Part shown: positions 1 through 11,181 of the stretch, piece after piece
Numbering within the stretch: position 1 is the first letter of the stretch
Layout: each line of letters begins with the position of its first letter
Source of the DNA: Ptychomitrium polyphyllum
Taxonomy: Eukaryota
NCBI GenBank assembly: GCA_973851085.1
Contig: OZ316776.1
Span: 2,976,001 to 3,040,000, forward strand
Length of the DNA: 64,000 nucleotides
Direction of reading: 5' to 3'
Program-made: the position numbers and the translations under genes
The notes under the pieces: generated by a model
Databases searched by the model: none
What the model saw: the letters and a program-made list of their open reading frames with translations, nothing else
What the model was told of the DNA's origin: nothing

Positions 1-966
1 GACGATAAAAACCATCAACCCGGAGGACGACCAACACTATAAGTCATCCACCGAGATCAGCCCCATCTGATAAATCATCCATCCGAGAGTAGTCATCCAA
101 CCGAGCGTGGTCTTGCATCCTTGGAATCATTCATCTGAGAGTGATGGACGAACGGAGAATCATCCTGAGGATGAAATACGTCAGAGAGCAGGACTGAGAA
201 GCGTGGAAGCGCCGAAGGGAGGCTGGCTATCGAGGTGGCAGGCGTTGAAGTGCGAGAAGGCATGGCAGACGAGAAGATCTGAGGGCGGAGCTGCAACCTT
301 GTGGGAGCTGCGGCTTCACTGCAATCATCGTGGTAGCTCTTTGTCACGTTGCACTTGCGGGTGCAGGTTGTGGAGCCACTGTTGGTGATGCAGGCTGTGG
401 TGAGCATTCCTAGTGATGAGACTGCAAGGTGGTAGTTTTAGGTGGGAGGATCTGTTTCGTTGGGTTGTGCAAGGCCATCTTTGATGCCAATGCTGGTTTG
501 ACAGGTTATGAGGGGGATTGTTTGTTCGTTTCGTAGCTCATTTGTGTGTAGGGCGGTGCGATTCGGATGACACCGTACGAGATGGAGGTTTGGTGATGCT
601 TGTGTTCGCTGTGTGCATGCGCGTTTCATGTTCTGGAATTAGGGTTGTGCTGCTGCTCGCTGGAGTTGGAGATCCGGGATGGGAGTAGTTTAGGAGATTT
701 TGGAGCTTGCGCGTGCTTTTCATGTGCTTAGTCAATTGACTGCAGTGAAGATTAGGTGTGTCTTGCATGCAGAGGAATGTGTTAGGGGTGTTCGTTGGAT
801 GTGAGCAGGGTTTCAGGGATGATAGAGATGTTGGACATTCTGCGCAGATGTGATTAATGCCAGCTTAGTAGGCTGCGAAGAGGGGAGGGGAGAGGAGGGA
901 CGGCGAGGTGACGGAAGCCGATACAATGTGCGTGAGAGCCTTTGCCAATGTTTCGGCTGCTTGTGG

Positions 967-3900
967 ATGGCAGCTGCCGCTGCTTTCGAATTCTTTTTGG
1001 GGCAGACAAGCTTTGGGCTCCACCCGAGTGGCATTGAACCTAGGTCACTCCCCTCCCCTGCTGCCTCTTGCTTTGGTGCGTTTCTAGATCGAACGTTTTC
1101 TTGTAATTGGAGAGCTACTTTGTACAGACAGTCTCTTTTGGCACCAGCTGTGGTCTAAAAATTACGACGGAATCCAGACAGGATGACCGTGAACTGCATT
1201 AGGATTAATGCAGTATCACTTCTTGATTCCTGATCGAGACTGGGGTGTTTTGATGAATCGCGGAAAGATGGACCAGATTTCACTTTAATGGTGATGCTTG
1301 CAAAAGTTTGTCATTATTTTTTCAGTGTGTTGCAATGTTCATAACTGGCTGCGAGTGAACGTATGGTGAGGGTTAAAATCGGATGAACAGAAGGGGGTGC
1401 GATTTGGAATTTTGCAGTTGATTAAATCTGGGGTGAAGCGATCACGAAGAGCATTAAGGATTAAATGCTTCTGAGATACCTAATTATAGTGAAGCTTTCA
1501 CTTCGGGTAAAATATTTTTACGGTGTTTGACAATTTCCTTAAAGCTTGTTTGGGTGGATTCATTTTTATCACAGGCAAGTGTGTGGCTGCAAGGAGATGG
1601 ACGAGACCCTCGATTCATCGGCATGTCACTGTTGTTGCTAATGCAATTAGGAGTCAGGAGTCGCACCCCTCGGTAAGTTGTTTAGTTCCCGTACAGATCT
1701 CTGTCAATCCAGAGACTGAAGCTCTCTGTTGCTACTGTGACAGAAGCTCATTGCCTGCTTATTCCAGTCTTCGTCATTATAGGTTGGTTATTTTAGTGAG
1801 TGGTAGTTGAAGGGTTACTCGGTGATGGCTGAAGGGTAAGCGTGAGAATTGAAAGACTCCAGGACCGGGATCGAGAGAATCAAAGTGGAGAACTTAACTA
1901 CTTTTGACAGCATGAAAATGGGGAGTTCTACAGGTGCAACTTTTGAAGGAAAATAAGGGAGAGGATAAGTTTATTATACAAACTTTGGAATTCTATTAAT
2001 GTTATCTAGGCCCAACTGTTATCTCGGTGATCAAGGTATACCGTTCAAGTGCACACAGCTTAAGGAGTTGACTCTGTTGCAATGCAGCAGGCGATTTTCT
2101 TTTCAGATGTTGGACTTGATCGAGCAGCAGAAATGCGAGTTGATGAAACCAAGCTGTCGGACGCATTCAAATGCCCAGAAGCCCTGGTATGACTGCCAGA
2201 TTCAATTTCCTGTGACAAAATGTTTCCGAAACTTTTCTACATCTTTTCACTTCAAACATGCGTTCACCCCCCATTTTTCAAGTTGTGGATAAACGGGAGA
2301 TATAATTCTGAGTCTTTGTCATGCTTGTATGACTCTTGATTGTCATTCTGTATGATCAGTTGTTTTCTGGAACAGGTAGTCCCATTGATGGAAGCAAAAA
2401 ACCTTGTGAAGAAAGGAAAGCCTGTTCTAGTGGCAGCTTCAGCCTTGCAGTTGAAGGATGCAGACCATGCAGCTGCTGGGTACCCGGTGTTTTTAGGGCT
2501 AACGAACTCCACCAGAGCTCCGGTATTTTCTGTGAATTTGGAGAAACAGCCTAGGTACTTTTTATTGTAACGTTTTGCAATTTAAGCTCTTGATGTTTCT
2601 GAGTATTTTAATAGACTGGGACAAAGAATTAGATTATGAAGCCAAGCAAAGTAATGAAAACCCACTATAGCAGTGCAGGTGGAGAAAGGCCAGCATGGGA
2701 AGATGGTGGTGAGTGGGTTGATGTGCGCCGATATGGTCCCGAACTTCAGGCATCAGATGCAGGACTCCTGGCGTATGCTCGAGGAATGGTGGAATGGCAA
2801 TCTCGCAATGTATGTTCCTGTTTCCTCCTCTTGTGGCTATCGAGTGATCCTCCCTATTGCTAATAAAAACCTAGAAATCTTTTATTGAGCAAAATACGTT
2901 CTTTTTAGTAATGGACGACTTATTGGTTAGATCATCTTCTGCGTAGGTTTTTTCAGAATATGTTTGTAAATGTTTTGAGTTTATAAAGGTATTCATGTAC
3001 CTTCATACTTGTACTTGTTGGGAAAAGAAGTTATCTTCCTTGTTCTATGCAATTGTGCAGAAGCATTGTGGTGCTTGTGGTCAACGGATGATTGCTAAAG
3101 ATGGTGGTCACTCGTTGCATTGCTCTTCCGATTCCTGTAAAACTCCTGCTTACCCAAGACTGGTACTTTCCTCCATTCTTCAGCTCGACAATCATGATAT
3201 TGAGATGTTTATGTTGGATTTCTTCAGCTTTTTTTTGTCAAGTACTACGTATGAGATGATGATTATCGAGAGACGACTAGTTGTTTTGTGTGAAAAACGG
3301 TCACAACCATGATAATCATGTAGTCTTGCCTTTTGGTGAAGCTCTTTACCAGACTGAGCTACCTCCTATGACGATAGTTATTGTATTGAATTTCATTTTC
3401 TAGTACTTGGACGTGCGCTTGTTGACTAATGTTAGGAGCGTGAAATACAAGTGACAGACAATGTGTTTGTATTCTACTTCCAGGACCCGGCTGTCATCAT
3501 GCTGGTAGCATGTGGTAATTACGTGCTCCTTGGGCGACAAGTGAGCATTTTTCTGTAATCTGATTCTTTGAGATGGCTTTTTATACAGCTGATGTGAGTT
3601 TCCCTGTGTTTCAAAACAAATTTCAGATATGGATTCTTCATATTGGTCTAGGATGAGATTATAGGTTTCCCAGACTTTTGTTGTTGTAATGAAGGGTGGA
3701 ACAAGCGTAGGAGATTGTTCTAAGAAGAAGACCGATGAAATTTTGTGAATTAGAAAAGGGAAGATCACATTCTTGCAATGTTTGCAGAGTAGATGGAACC
3801 CTGGCCGATATTCGTTGTTGGCAGGCTTTGTGGAGATTGGGGAAACATTTGAAATGGCGGTTGCAAGGGAAGTGAAAGAAGAATCTGGGATAGACATTGA

Positions 3901-5558
3901 CAGAACTAGTGTGAGGTGCCTCTCTCTCCTTTCCACTTCTGTCTCTTTGCCATTGTATGCTATATTTCTTTACGCCTCTGTATTCACATATTTATGCTGC
4001 TCTTGCTCCTAAAATAATTGTGTTGGTCATGGAAGACATGAGTCATTCACATGATGAATAAGGTGATGTTCTACAGATGGCTTATTAGCATGTCTATTCT
4101 GACGTCTAGTATTGGTCATGACTAGCTACACTTGCAGTCAGCCATGGCCTTTTCCGTCGTCACTCATGGTAGGCTTCAGCGCCTCTGCAATGAAGAACTT
4201 AAGTGAGCCTTACAGTGCCGATTCTGAGAATGATAATGCTATAGCCGTCAGTTCCGATAAACTCAGCGTTGTTGATGAAGTTCGTGCACTACCCCAAACC
4301 TCTCCTGACAAAGTTGAACTTGAGGTATTTAAACACAAGCAATCTCTTCGCCTTCCTTTTTAAATGATTCAGACTCGACCTATTTGGCCAATTTGTTGTT
4401 TTTACCGATGATAGACAGTAACGATTCTGTCAGTTTGGAAATTTCTACAGTAGCTCTTAAAATGGTGTAATGTTCTTTCAAAACATGATGTATGTGTTCT
4501 AAATCAAGCTATAGGATGCAAGATGGGTCCACAAGGATTTATTGAGGTGGATTCTCAAAGGAAATACCTTACCACACGGCATCCAATTTAGTATTCCAGG
4601 AAGCTATGCCATTGCCAATATCCTTCTGAGCCGGTGGGCAGGGAGTGAAAGTGACTCTTTATGGGCTGGGGACGATGTCAGATCTGTTGATATTGATGAA
4701 GGTAAGGCTTTCAGTCGGAACACGCGGTCTCATTGCTCTGTGGCCTTCACTTTTTAGTTCATGCTTCACTCTCCTTGGTGGGTTCTTTGATGATCTTAGA
4801 CTTCAGGAATCTGGAAATATTTCGAAACGTTTGTTTCTTAATGACATGAATTCTGAACAATGTTTGTCAGCTTGCATAGACCTGAGGAAAAACGACGCAA
4901 GTCTGTCATATGGTATCTGCCATGATAGTGGGTGTCCTAGAGTAACTTATGTTTTGAACCGGCTGGTTGTTGTGATGGTTTCAGGAGTTTTCAAATATGT
5001 AATGATGTGTATCAGTGATGACAAGGGTCGTGAGAAACTGGTGAAATCTCAAAACATCCTTCACATGCTTTCCAAATTTGGTGATCTTATTCGATTTTCC
5101 AGCTCTGAGTGCCTGAATATCTATTACTCAAGCTTCAAGCTGCTTAGACCTTGAACCACAATGAGTTGCTTGAATTGGACAGATTGTCAGGGGCAACGGC
5201 AAACTCGCATACCATTCCGATATTTTAGAAGCAACGCAGGAAGAAGTCAAGGATATGGGAATCCAGGTGAACTTCTTTTTTGTTGTTTACTTTTACGTAC
5301 TTCTATCATTTTACATGACGAGATTACTTTCAGCGTCTAAGTTGTTGAACTACTGCACCAATGATGAACTAGAAACGGGACTGCATGTTGCAGGTTTCTC
5401 AGCTAGGTGGAGGACGGATTGATCATAATGCCAAAGAGCGCAAGCTTCATGTCTACAGTTCCTCGCAAGGATTTGGTCTGGCAAACCATACTGTCACTTG
5501 TGCAATCCTCAAGCAATGGTATCCATTACATAGTATTACTCTGGCATTGGGAGGATAG
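967..5558 (+). CDS. NudC/NUDT19-like NADH pyrophosphatase (zf-NADH-PPase + Nudix) fused to a C-terminal Janus/Ocnus (PHPT1-like phosphohistidine phosphatase) domain; ~532 aa, 13 exons, probable plastid transit peptide
   Basis: Phase-consistent GT-AG exons: 967-1075, 1575-1672, 2091-2186, 2376-2554, 2671-2809, 3061-3162, 3484-3540, 3788-3915, 4126-4324, 4515-4701, 4985-5040, 5183-5266, 5394-5558 (1599 nt, ends in TAG). NudC motifs: GLDR, zinc finger HCGACG..CSSDSC, YPRLDPAVIM, LLGRQ, Nudix box [41 protein letters not shown]. Janus motifs: [38 protein letters not shown]. The N-terminus is rich in Ala/Ser/Arg. The first two exons are less certain than the rest. Confidence 0.9.
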
Positions 5559-5939
5559 TTCATTTGACCTCATGAGTTGACACTGAATCATGGACCAATA
5601 TAAATTTTTAACCTGGAAGGTATATTTCTTTAAGAGGGCAGATTGTGGAGCATAGCTTCTGGTACAAGTCTCGTCTCTTCTTGAAAACTACGTTAAATAT
5701 GCACCTGGAGCTCAGCATGAGATCTTTCAAATGCAGAGGCCTTATGTTTTACAATGAAAGGGTTTCATTTCTAACCTTTTCACGTGCATTTTGAGAGCAG
5801 CCTGGAGAACATGATCTTTCTTTAGAAATTTCAGTGGAGTCATGAAATTTCAACAAACCTGCTGGTAGCCGGTGATGCGGTAGATTGAAGCTCAAAGAGA
5901 TTGAACCCATGCATTTGATCCTGGTTATATCAACTCAAC

Positions 5940-8669
5940 TTACAAAACACTACCCACTGTAATCCCACGTTCTCTTAAGCCTGCAAGTTGTGCCAAACCC
6001 ATTTGCCCTGCCTCGAAAATATCCGATATCTTTTTGGGCTTTGAAACTGGCACGAATGAACTCCTACAGAGGACCCATGACGATGTGAGATAGTAGCATG
6101 ATCGGAGATTACATTTTAGAACAGCATACGTTGTAGTTATTATCAAGTACATATGAAAGGAATAGGTGTGCATCTGGCAGGAAGGTTATCAGCAATCAAA
6201 AGTGGCTTTTCAGGATGTTCTGGAAAATAGGAGACGGGCAAGGGGACAACGTCTACCTAGTAGATGAATCTTTTGATGATGGGTCAGCTGATTCCGGGTC
6301 AGGTGCTTGTATGAAAGGGTTGGCCACGGCCATGCTCAAGCCAGGGTTGCCATTAGTAAGTGCAAATTGTGTGGGTGTACCCTGGCTAAGATGCTGTAGC
6401 CGGACCCTTGCCAATTTGCCTGCTAATTCTGAATCACCCACCTGCAGTAGAGATCGCGTTCGTCAGATCACAGGTTCCAACTCTCAAGTTTAGACGTTTT
6501 ACATCTCTAGTGGGGATGTTTTAGACCTAGGTACGAAGCATGTTACCTTATTGCTCGCACATAAGGCCACATCACGTGACGTGATAACACCCCTGACTCG
6601 TTCAAGCACACTTGTTCGTCGTTGTTTCTTCATCTCCTCCTCAATTGATGTCTTGTCACTTCTCAGTCTGCTGTTCTCTGACAGCAGTTGATTTACTGTG
6701 TTTATCAAATCCATTTTCTCCACTGGGAGACGGCCTTTTCTATGCCCTCCGAAGAACTGCAAATTCAATTATATTTTCAAAGTTGTAATCTGTATCTCAA
6801 GCTAGTTGAAATCTAAGCAATTAATTCACATGATAAAAGCTAGACCTGTAGTGGCAGGTAATGAGATTAGGTCACCTTCTGATTCACTTTCACCATCTCC
6901 AGTTCGGACCGTAATGACTCATTTTCCTGCAGCCATCATTGCCCATAACGTATGATTAACATACTTTTGATGGTGAGTGTTGATCGCACCCGTGTAAAAT
7001 CAAATTAGCTTCAAATACGCTTGAACAGCAACCTTTCGCATGTGAAAGATCTCTGTTACAAGTTGAGCACGAGCCGAGGTCTCGTCTTTGAGACTGTCTT
7101 CGAGCTGATGTCGCGAAGCTTCAATAGTGGTAAGCTGCAATTGCAACGATTGACACTCTTGTCGAAGTTCGCTACATTTGGTCTGGTGAACAGCTTCCCC
7201 TTGCTCATACGCTTTCAACTTCGTCTGCAACCGCTTAAACTTAGCAGAATAGAGGTCCTGTGGCAGCGTTTGCCGTTGTTTCAGAATGACTGGGATGTGC
7301 ACATATCCAAGGCAATAGGCATCTTCTGATTTTCGATACAAGTTGGTGTAGGAAGACGAGAAAGATGTGTTGTACCTGTAATGCGTGAATTTCTTGCCGT
7401 AGGATATTCCTCTCAATGCCAACCTCATCTGCACAAGATTTCAGGCTCTCGACGCCTGTTTGTGGCTCCTCAATGACTGGAGGCCGCTCTCTTGCGTCTA
7501 CCAATTCGGCTCTTAGCTCATCATTCTCTTGCTTCAACTGTTCCACACCGCATGCTAATGTATCAATTAAGAGGAATATAATCAGGCCTCACACGCTCGC
7601 GAAATTGTTCGTCTTAGCAATAAGCAAGGAAAGTAGTCAGTGGTCGTTAACCTTGCCGCGGATTAGGACAAGGGTGTCGTTCTTTGCATCCACAATCACA
7701 CGCAGCATTGCAACACTGGCTTCCAACTTTTGCAACTGAAGATCCACACATTTAGCAATGGTCAGAAGAGCAATGTGGCTAATATGCCTCCTCATTCGCC
7801 GTCTTCGAAAGAATAAGATATCAACGTAAATTTATCCTCAAGCGTGCTTTAGATTAGATGTGCACCTCGTCTAAAATTTTATATGGTCCATCTGAGTCAC
7901 TTGTTTTTTGAGATTTGTTGATCTGAGTAGAAACGACTCTGAAATTCGGGAGAACGTGCTTTTGAAACGCTTCCACAGACTGTAGGATGCTGCTTGCCGT
8001 GGTAGTGCTCTTATGCATGACAGTCTCAAGGCTTCGCATGCGATCACCGTAATTGCCTTCCTCACTGTCAATTGCCTTCCTCATTGACTCTATCTCGGCC
8101 ACTAGCTGCTCCCTCTCAATGAGAGCTTTATCCTTGTCTGAGACGGCTTGCGCAACACTTGAAGCTGCGGGTTCTAACATACTCTTCAAACGCTCTATTT
8201 CTCCTTTCAGCTTTTGTGTGGTTGCATTCACCAGCGCCGACACTTCCACATCACGATGTGCCCGCAGCCTTTGCAGCTCTAGTCTCTATTGTTTGAAAGC
8301 AGACGAGGATGAACTTAAGCTTATCGAAACTCTCTGAACAAAAACTTAATATTGGGTTATGCGTTAAACAACGAAATTTGATTCCAACTGGATTTGTAAT
8401 AAACAGCACAGCATACTCACTTGATTTTTCTCACGGTTGATTAAGTCATTGAGCTGAAAACGAAGAATATCGTTCTCCTGCTGCAGAGATTTCGCCAGCA
8501 TTTCGGCCTCCGCCGCTCGATGCGTGGAGGCTCTCTGTTTCTGGAATCAACGAGCGAAAAGAATCATCCCCAGGCTAATCCAGGCTCCATGTCGACATCA
8601 AGTAGTTTCTCATAAACATTATCATATGTGATCAAGCAATATCACGGAATCACATAATACCTGACTCAT
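5940..8669 (-). CDS. Coiled-coil protein of unknown function, ~529 aa, 10 coding exons
   Basis: Phase-consistent GT-AG exons on the minus strand: 8669-8661 (MSQ), 8540-8421, 8285-7866, 7735-7652, 7537-7376, 7257-7033, 6926-6876, 6756-6547, 6441-6257, 6063-5940 (1590 nt, ends in TAA). The sequence is E/K/L/Q-rich and heptad-like (LKGEIERLKSML, LKQENDELRAEL, LQLQLTTIEASRHQLE). Further non-coding exons probably lie upstream (donor at ~8985). Confidence 0.75.
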
Positions 8670-10723
8670 GGTTGCTACAGGATTACAGCGGTTTCAAGAA
8701 TACGAGGTTAATTGCTGGGCATGAAAACAACGCACAGCTAGAAGTTAGATCGACGCGCAAGCGTACATTCCGCTCATATGGACTCAGAATTACATCTTAA
8801 CACAGTGCAAGTGAACTCTAGTCTTACTAATTCATACTCGTTTGTAATTGACTCAAGTTCTAAGATTGGTGGATGCAAACATGCAATCTACGTCCAACAG
8901 GATCATTGGTTTCTCCTTTGACAGCAACAAGAAGAGACATTGAAACCAAGCTCTGTAAAAAGGCATCGTCGAAACTTATTACGTACCTCTTTGTAGGCGG
9001 ATCAATTTCAGGGTTAAAAAGGACCACTCAAATACAATTATGCCTCATTTCTGTAATAAGACGATACAGCACCGCGAGTTCCGGTTTCTTGCGAGTACGG
9101 TATCTGGTAGACGCAGATCTTGTAACGTTCTTAGGAATTGTAACAATGGAAACGTAGACAAAGTTTGAAAGATTTAGGAACTTCAGAACCAGGCGATCGA
9201 AAGAATAGAACAACAGATTTTATACTAGAAGAGAAGATAATAGAGCAGGTTTTGACTCTGCAGATGAAAGGAAAATTTCTGCTTGATGTTTCATGCGGGC
9301 TGGAACGAGCTGTCTCTTCGTTCTTGAAGTCACTGTTATTTTACGGGAGCTGAAGATCTTAAACAGCCCTCGGATCCATCTGCGGTTCCTACATCTCGGA
9401 TTCATATTAACATGAGCAATTTCACTTTGCCGCTTTAGAGACGTTCATCGTCCATAAATTGTCCACAATCCATTTCACGATTCCTTCCCCTTGTCTCGAA
9501 ATTGTCCATAGCCGAAGTCGCTTCAGAGTAACGCCGGAAAGCACTGCATACAAGTAATGTGACAGCCACAACCAATGTAATTCAATCGAAACTCCAGCAT
9601 TGCCAAACCGTGGTTGATTAATCCTCTTTATCTGCTTATGTCATTATGTCTTCGAAGCTTCGAAACCAGCCAGGAGCATGCATGCGCCTGAATTTCCTGG
9701 TTCGGATAATCTATAACCTATTTCCGGACTCTGTTTGCACTCTTTATCAAGGTAATCTATTCCATCACTTACACGCATAAGTCAAACTCCTCTCATGTCA
9801 ATTGCCGTTGCTTCAAATAGAAATTCTGAACATGAAAATTGGAAGCGAAATTGTATCCTGCATCTCCATCACTGTTTTGTTAGCCTGTTGTCTTTCTTGC
9901 ACTTCCCTTAGTTTGAAATACTTAGATCACTCTTGCTGAAAACAATCCAGCGGCTGCTAACTGTTCTTAACTTGATCCTAAATGATCGTGTTGAATAGCA
10001 GGGCAAAGAGAATCAATTCTTGTTTAATAGCAGTTTACGAACGACCGCCGAGGGATACGAAGGCGCCGAAACTCATCCACAGAGCTCTCCACGATTTTTA
10101 AAAGTCGGGTACAAATCTCCTCGCAGAAAACACGATGTAAATTAAGTGCCGTGCCGGAATAACTAGCACAACAATATCCATTTACATGAAATAAGGCTCG
10201 TGGAGGTCAAATCCTTCTGTTAACGGCACTGCTAATCGCACATACATACATGCATCCATACATCGCCAAGGCTGTCGCATATCATTCACAGAAGCGTACC
10301 TAAAGATCACATTTCGAAGCTTCTTAGTACTCCATACGTGAAATGCCACGACATAACCTCACAACTGATTGATGAGCGAGCCAAAACTTATATTCTTGAA
10401 TGCGCACCAGAGATTCTAATTCTCTCATCCAGATATTCACCAAAAACATATAACATCGTCAAGCATTCGTCGAGAACACAGAAGAAAAGTAGTGGATTGA
10501 TTTCTCAAGCTCTGCTTCGAAATTACCGAATCCTAAGGTGCGTGAAGAGGTGTACCTATGCGAGAAGAAGAGGCGTTTACTGAAGCTTGTTCAAAGAGGC
10601 TGCCAAGCCGCCAGGTTCATTGGCAACGGCAACCGACCTCTTCTCCCCTGCGAGTCAGGCCATCCGACAATTGACTCCTCGTTTCGTTCCAAAAGAAATC
10701 TGGTCTCTTAAACCATCATCGTA

Positions 10724-10960
10724 CCTAAGTATCACACGAGTATCACACGAGTATCACACGTGTATCACACGAGTATCATGATGTATCACCTAACTATCAT
10801 CTAGTCCAGGTTATGGGATCTTTGAATGTTCTAGGAATGCTTTCCTATGAAGGATTCTTTATTTGTAAGGTGAAATATTTTATGCACTTTCGATTGATGC
10901 CCCAGTGATACTCGTGTGACCTTTTCGTAACACTCGCGTGATACCGTGTTACTACTAAGG
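10724..10960. mobile_element. MITE-like foldback element (Tc1/mariner-type TA flanks) with arms built from 11-bp GTATCACACGA units
   Basis: 10721-10779 is an imperfect reverse complement of 10905-10963. TA occurs at 10722-23 and 10961-62, flanking CCTAAGT...ACTAAGG. There are four tandem GTATCACACG(A/T) units at 10729-10772. Confidence 0.55.
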
Positions 10961-11127
10961 TACCTGCGTGACAAGTCACGCGGGTATCGAGAGTTATGGA
11001 CAATACAGGGTGTTGCCTTGAGAAGCCTGTTGAGGCTCCGTTGTGCAGGAACTGGAGATCACGCGACATCCTTTGCTGGAGAAGGGAAAGGCAAAGGGAA
11101 GCAAAAGAATGGAAAGGAAGACACAGA

Positions 11128-11181
11128 CGAGAGTGAGAGAGAGAGTGAGAGGGAGAGAGAGAGGGAGAGCGAGAGATAGAG
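11128..11181. repeat. Imperfect (GA)n microsatellite
   Basis: gagagtgagagagagagtgagagggagagaga... It reads CT-rich on the minus strand, as is typical of plant 5' leaders, and lies upstream of the coiled-coil gene. Confidence 0.85.

Noticed and set aside
93..800. Short ORFs on both strands upstream of the Nudix gene
   Set aside because: No recognisable motifs. The sequence looks like promoter, 5' UTR and leader intron of the Nudix-Janus gene.
4645..5154. 169-aa ORF in the ORF track
   Set aside because: Mostly intronic. Only 4985-5040 ([19 protein letters not shown]) is a true exon.
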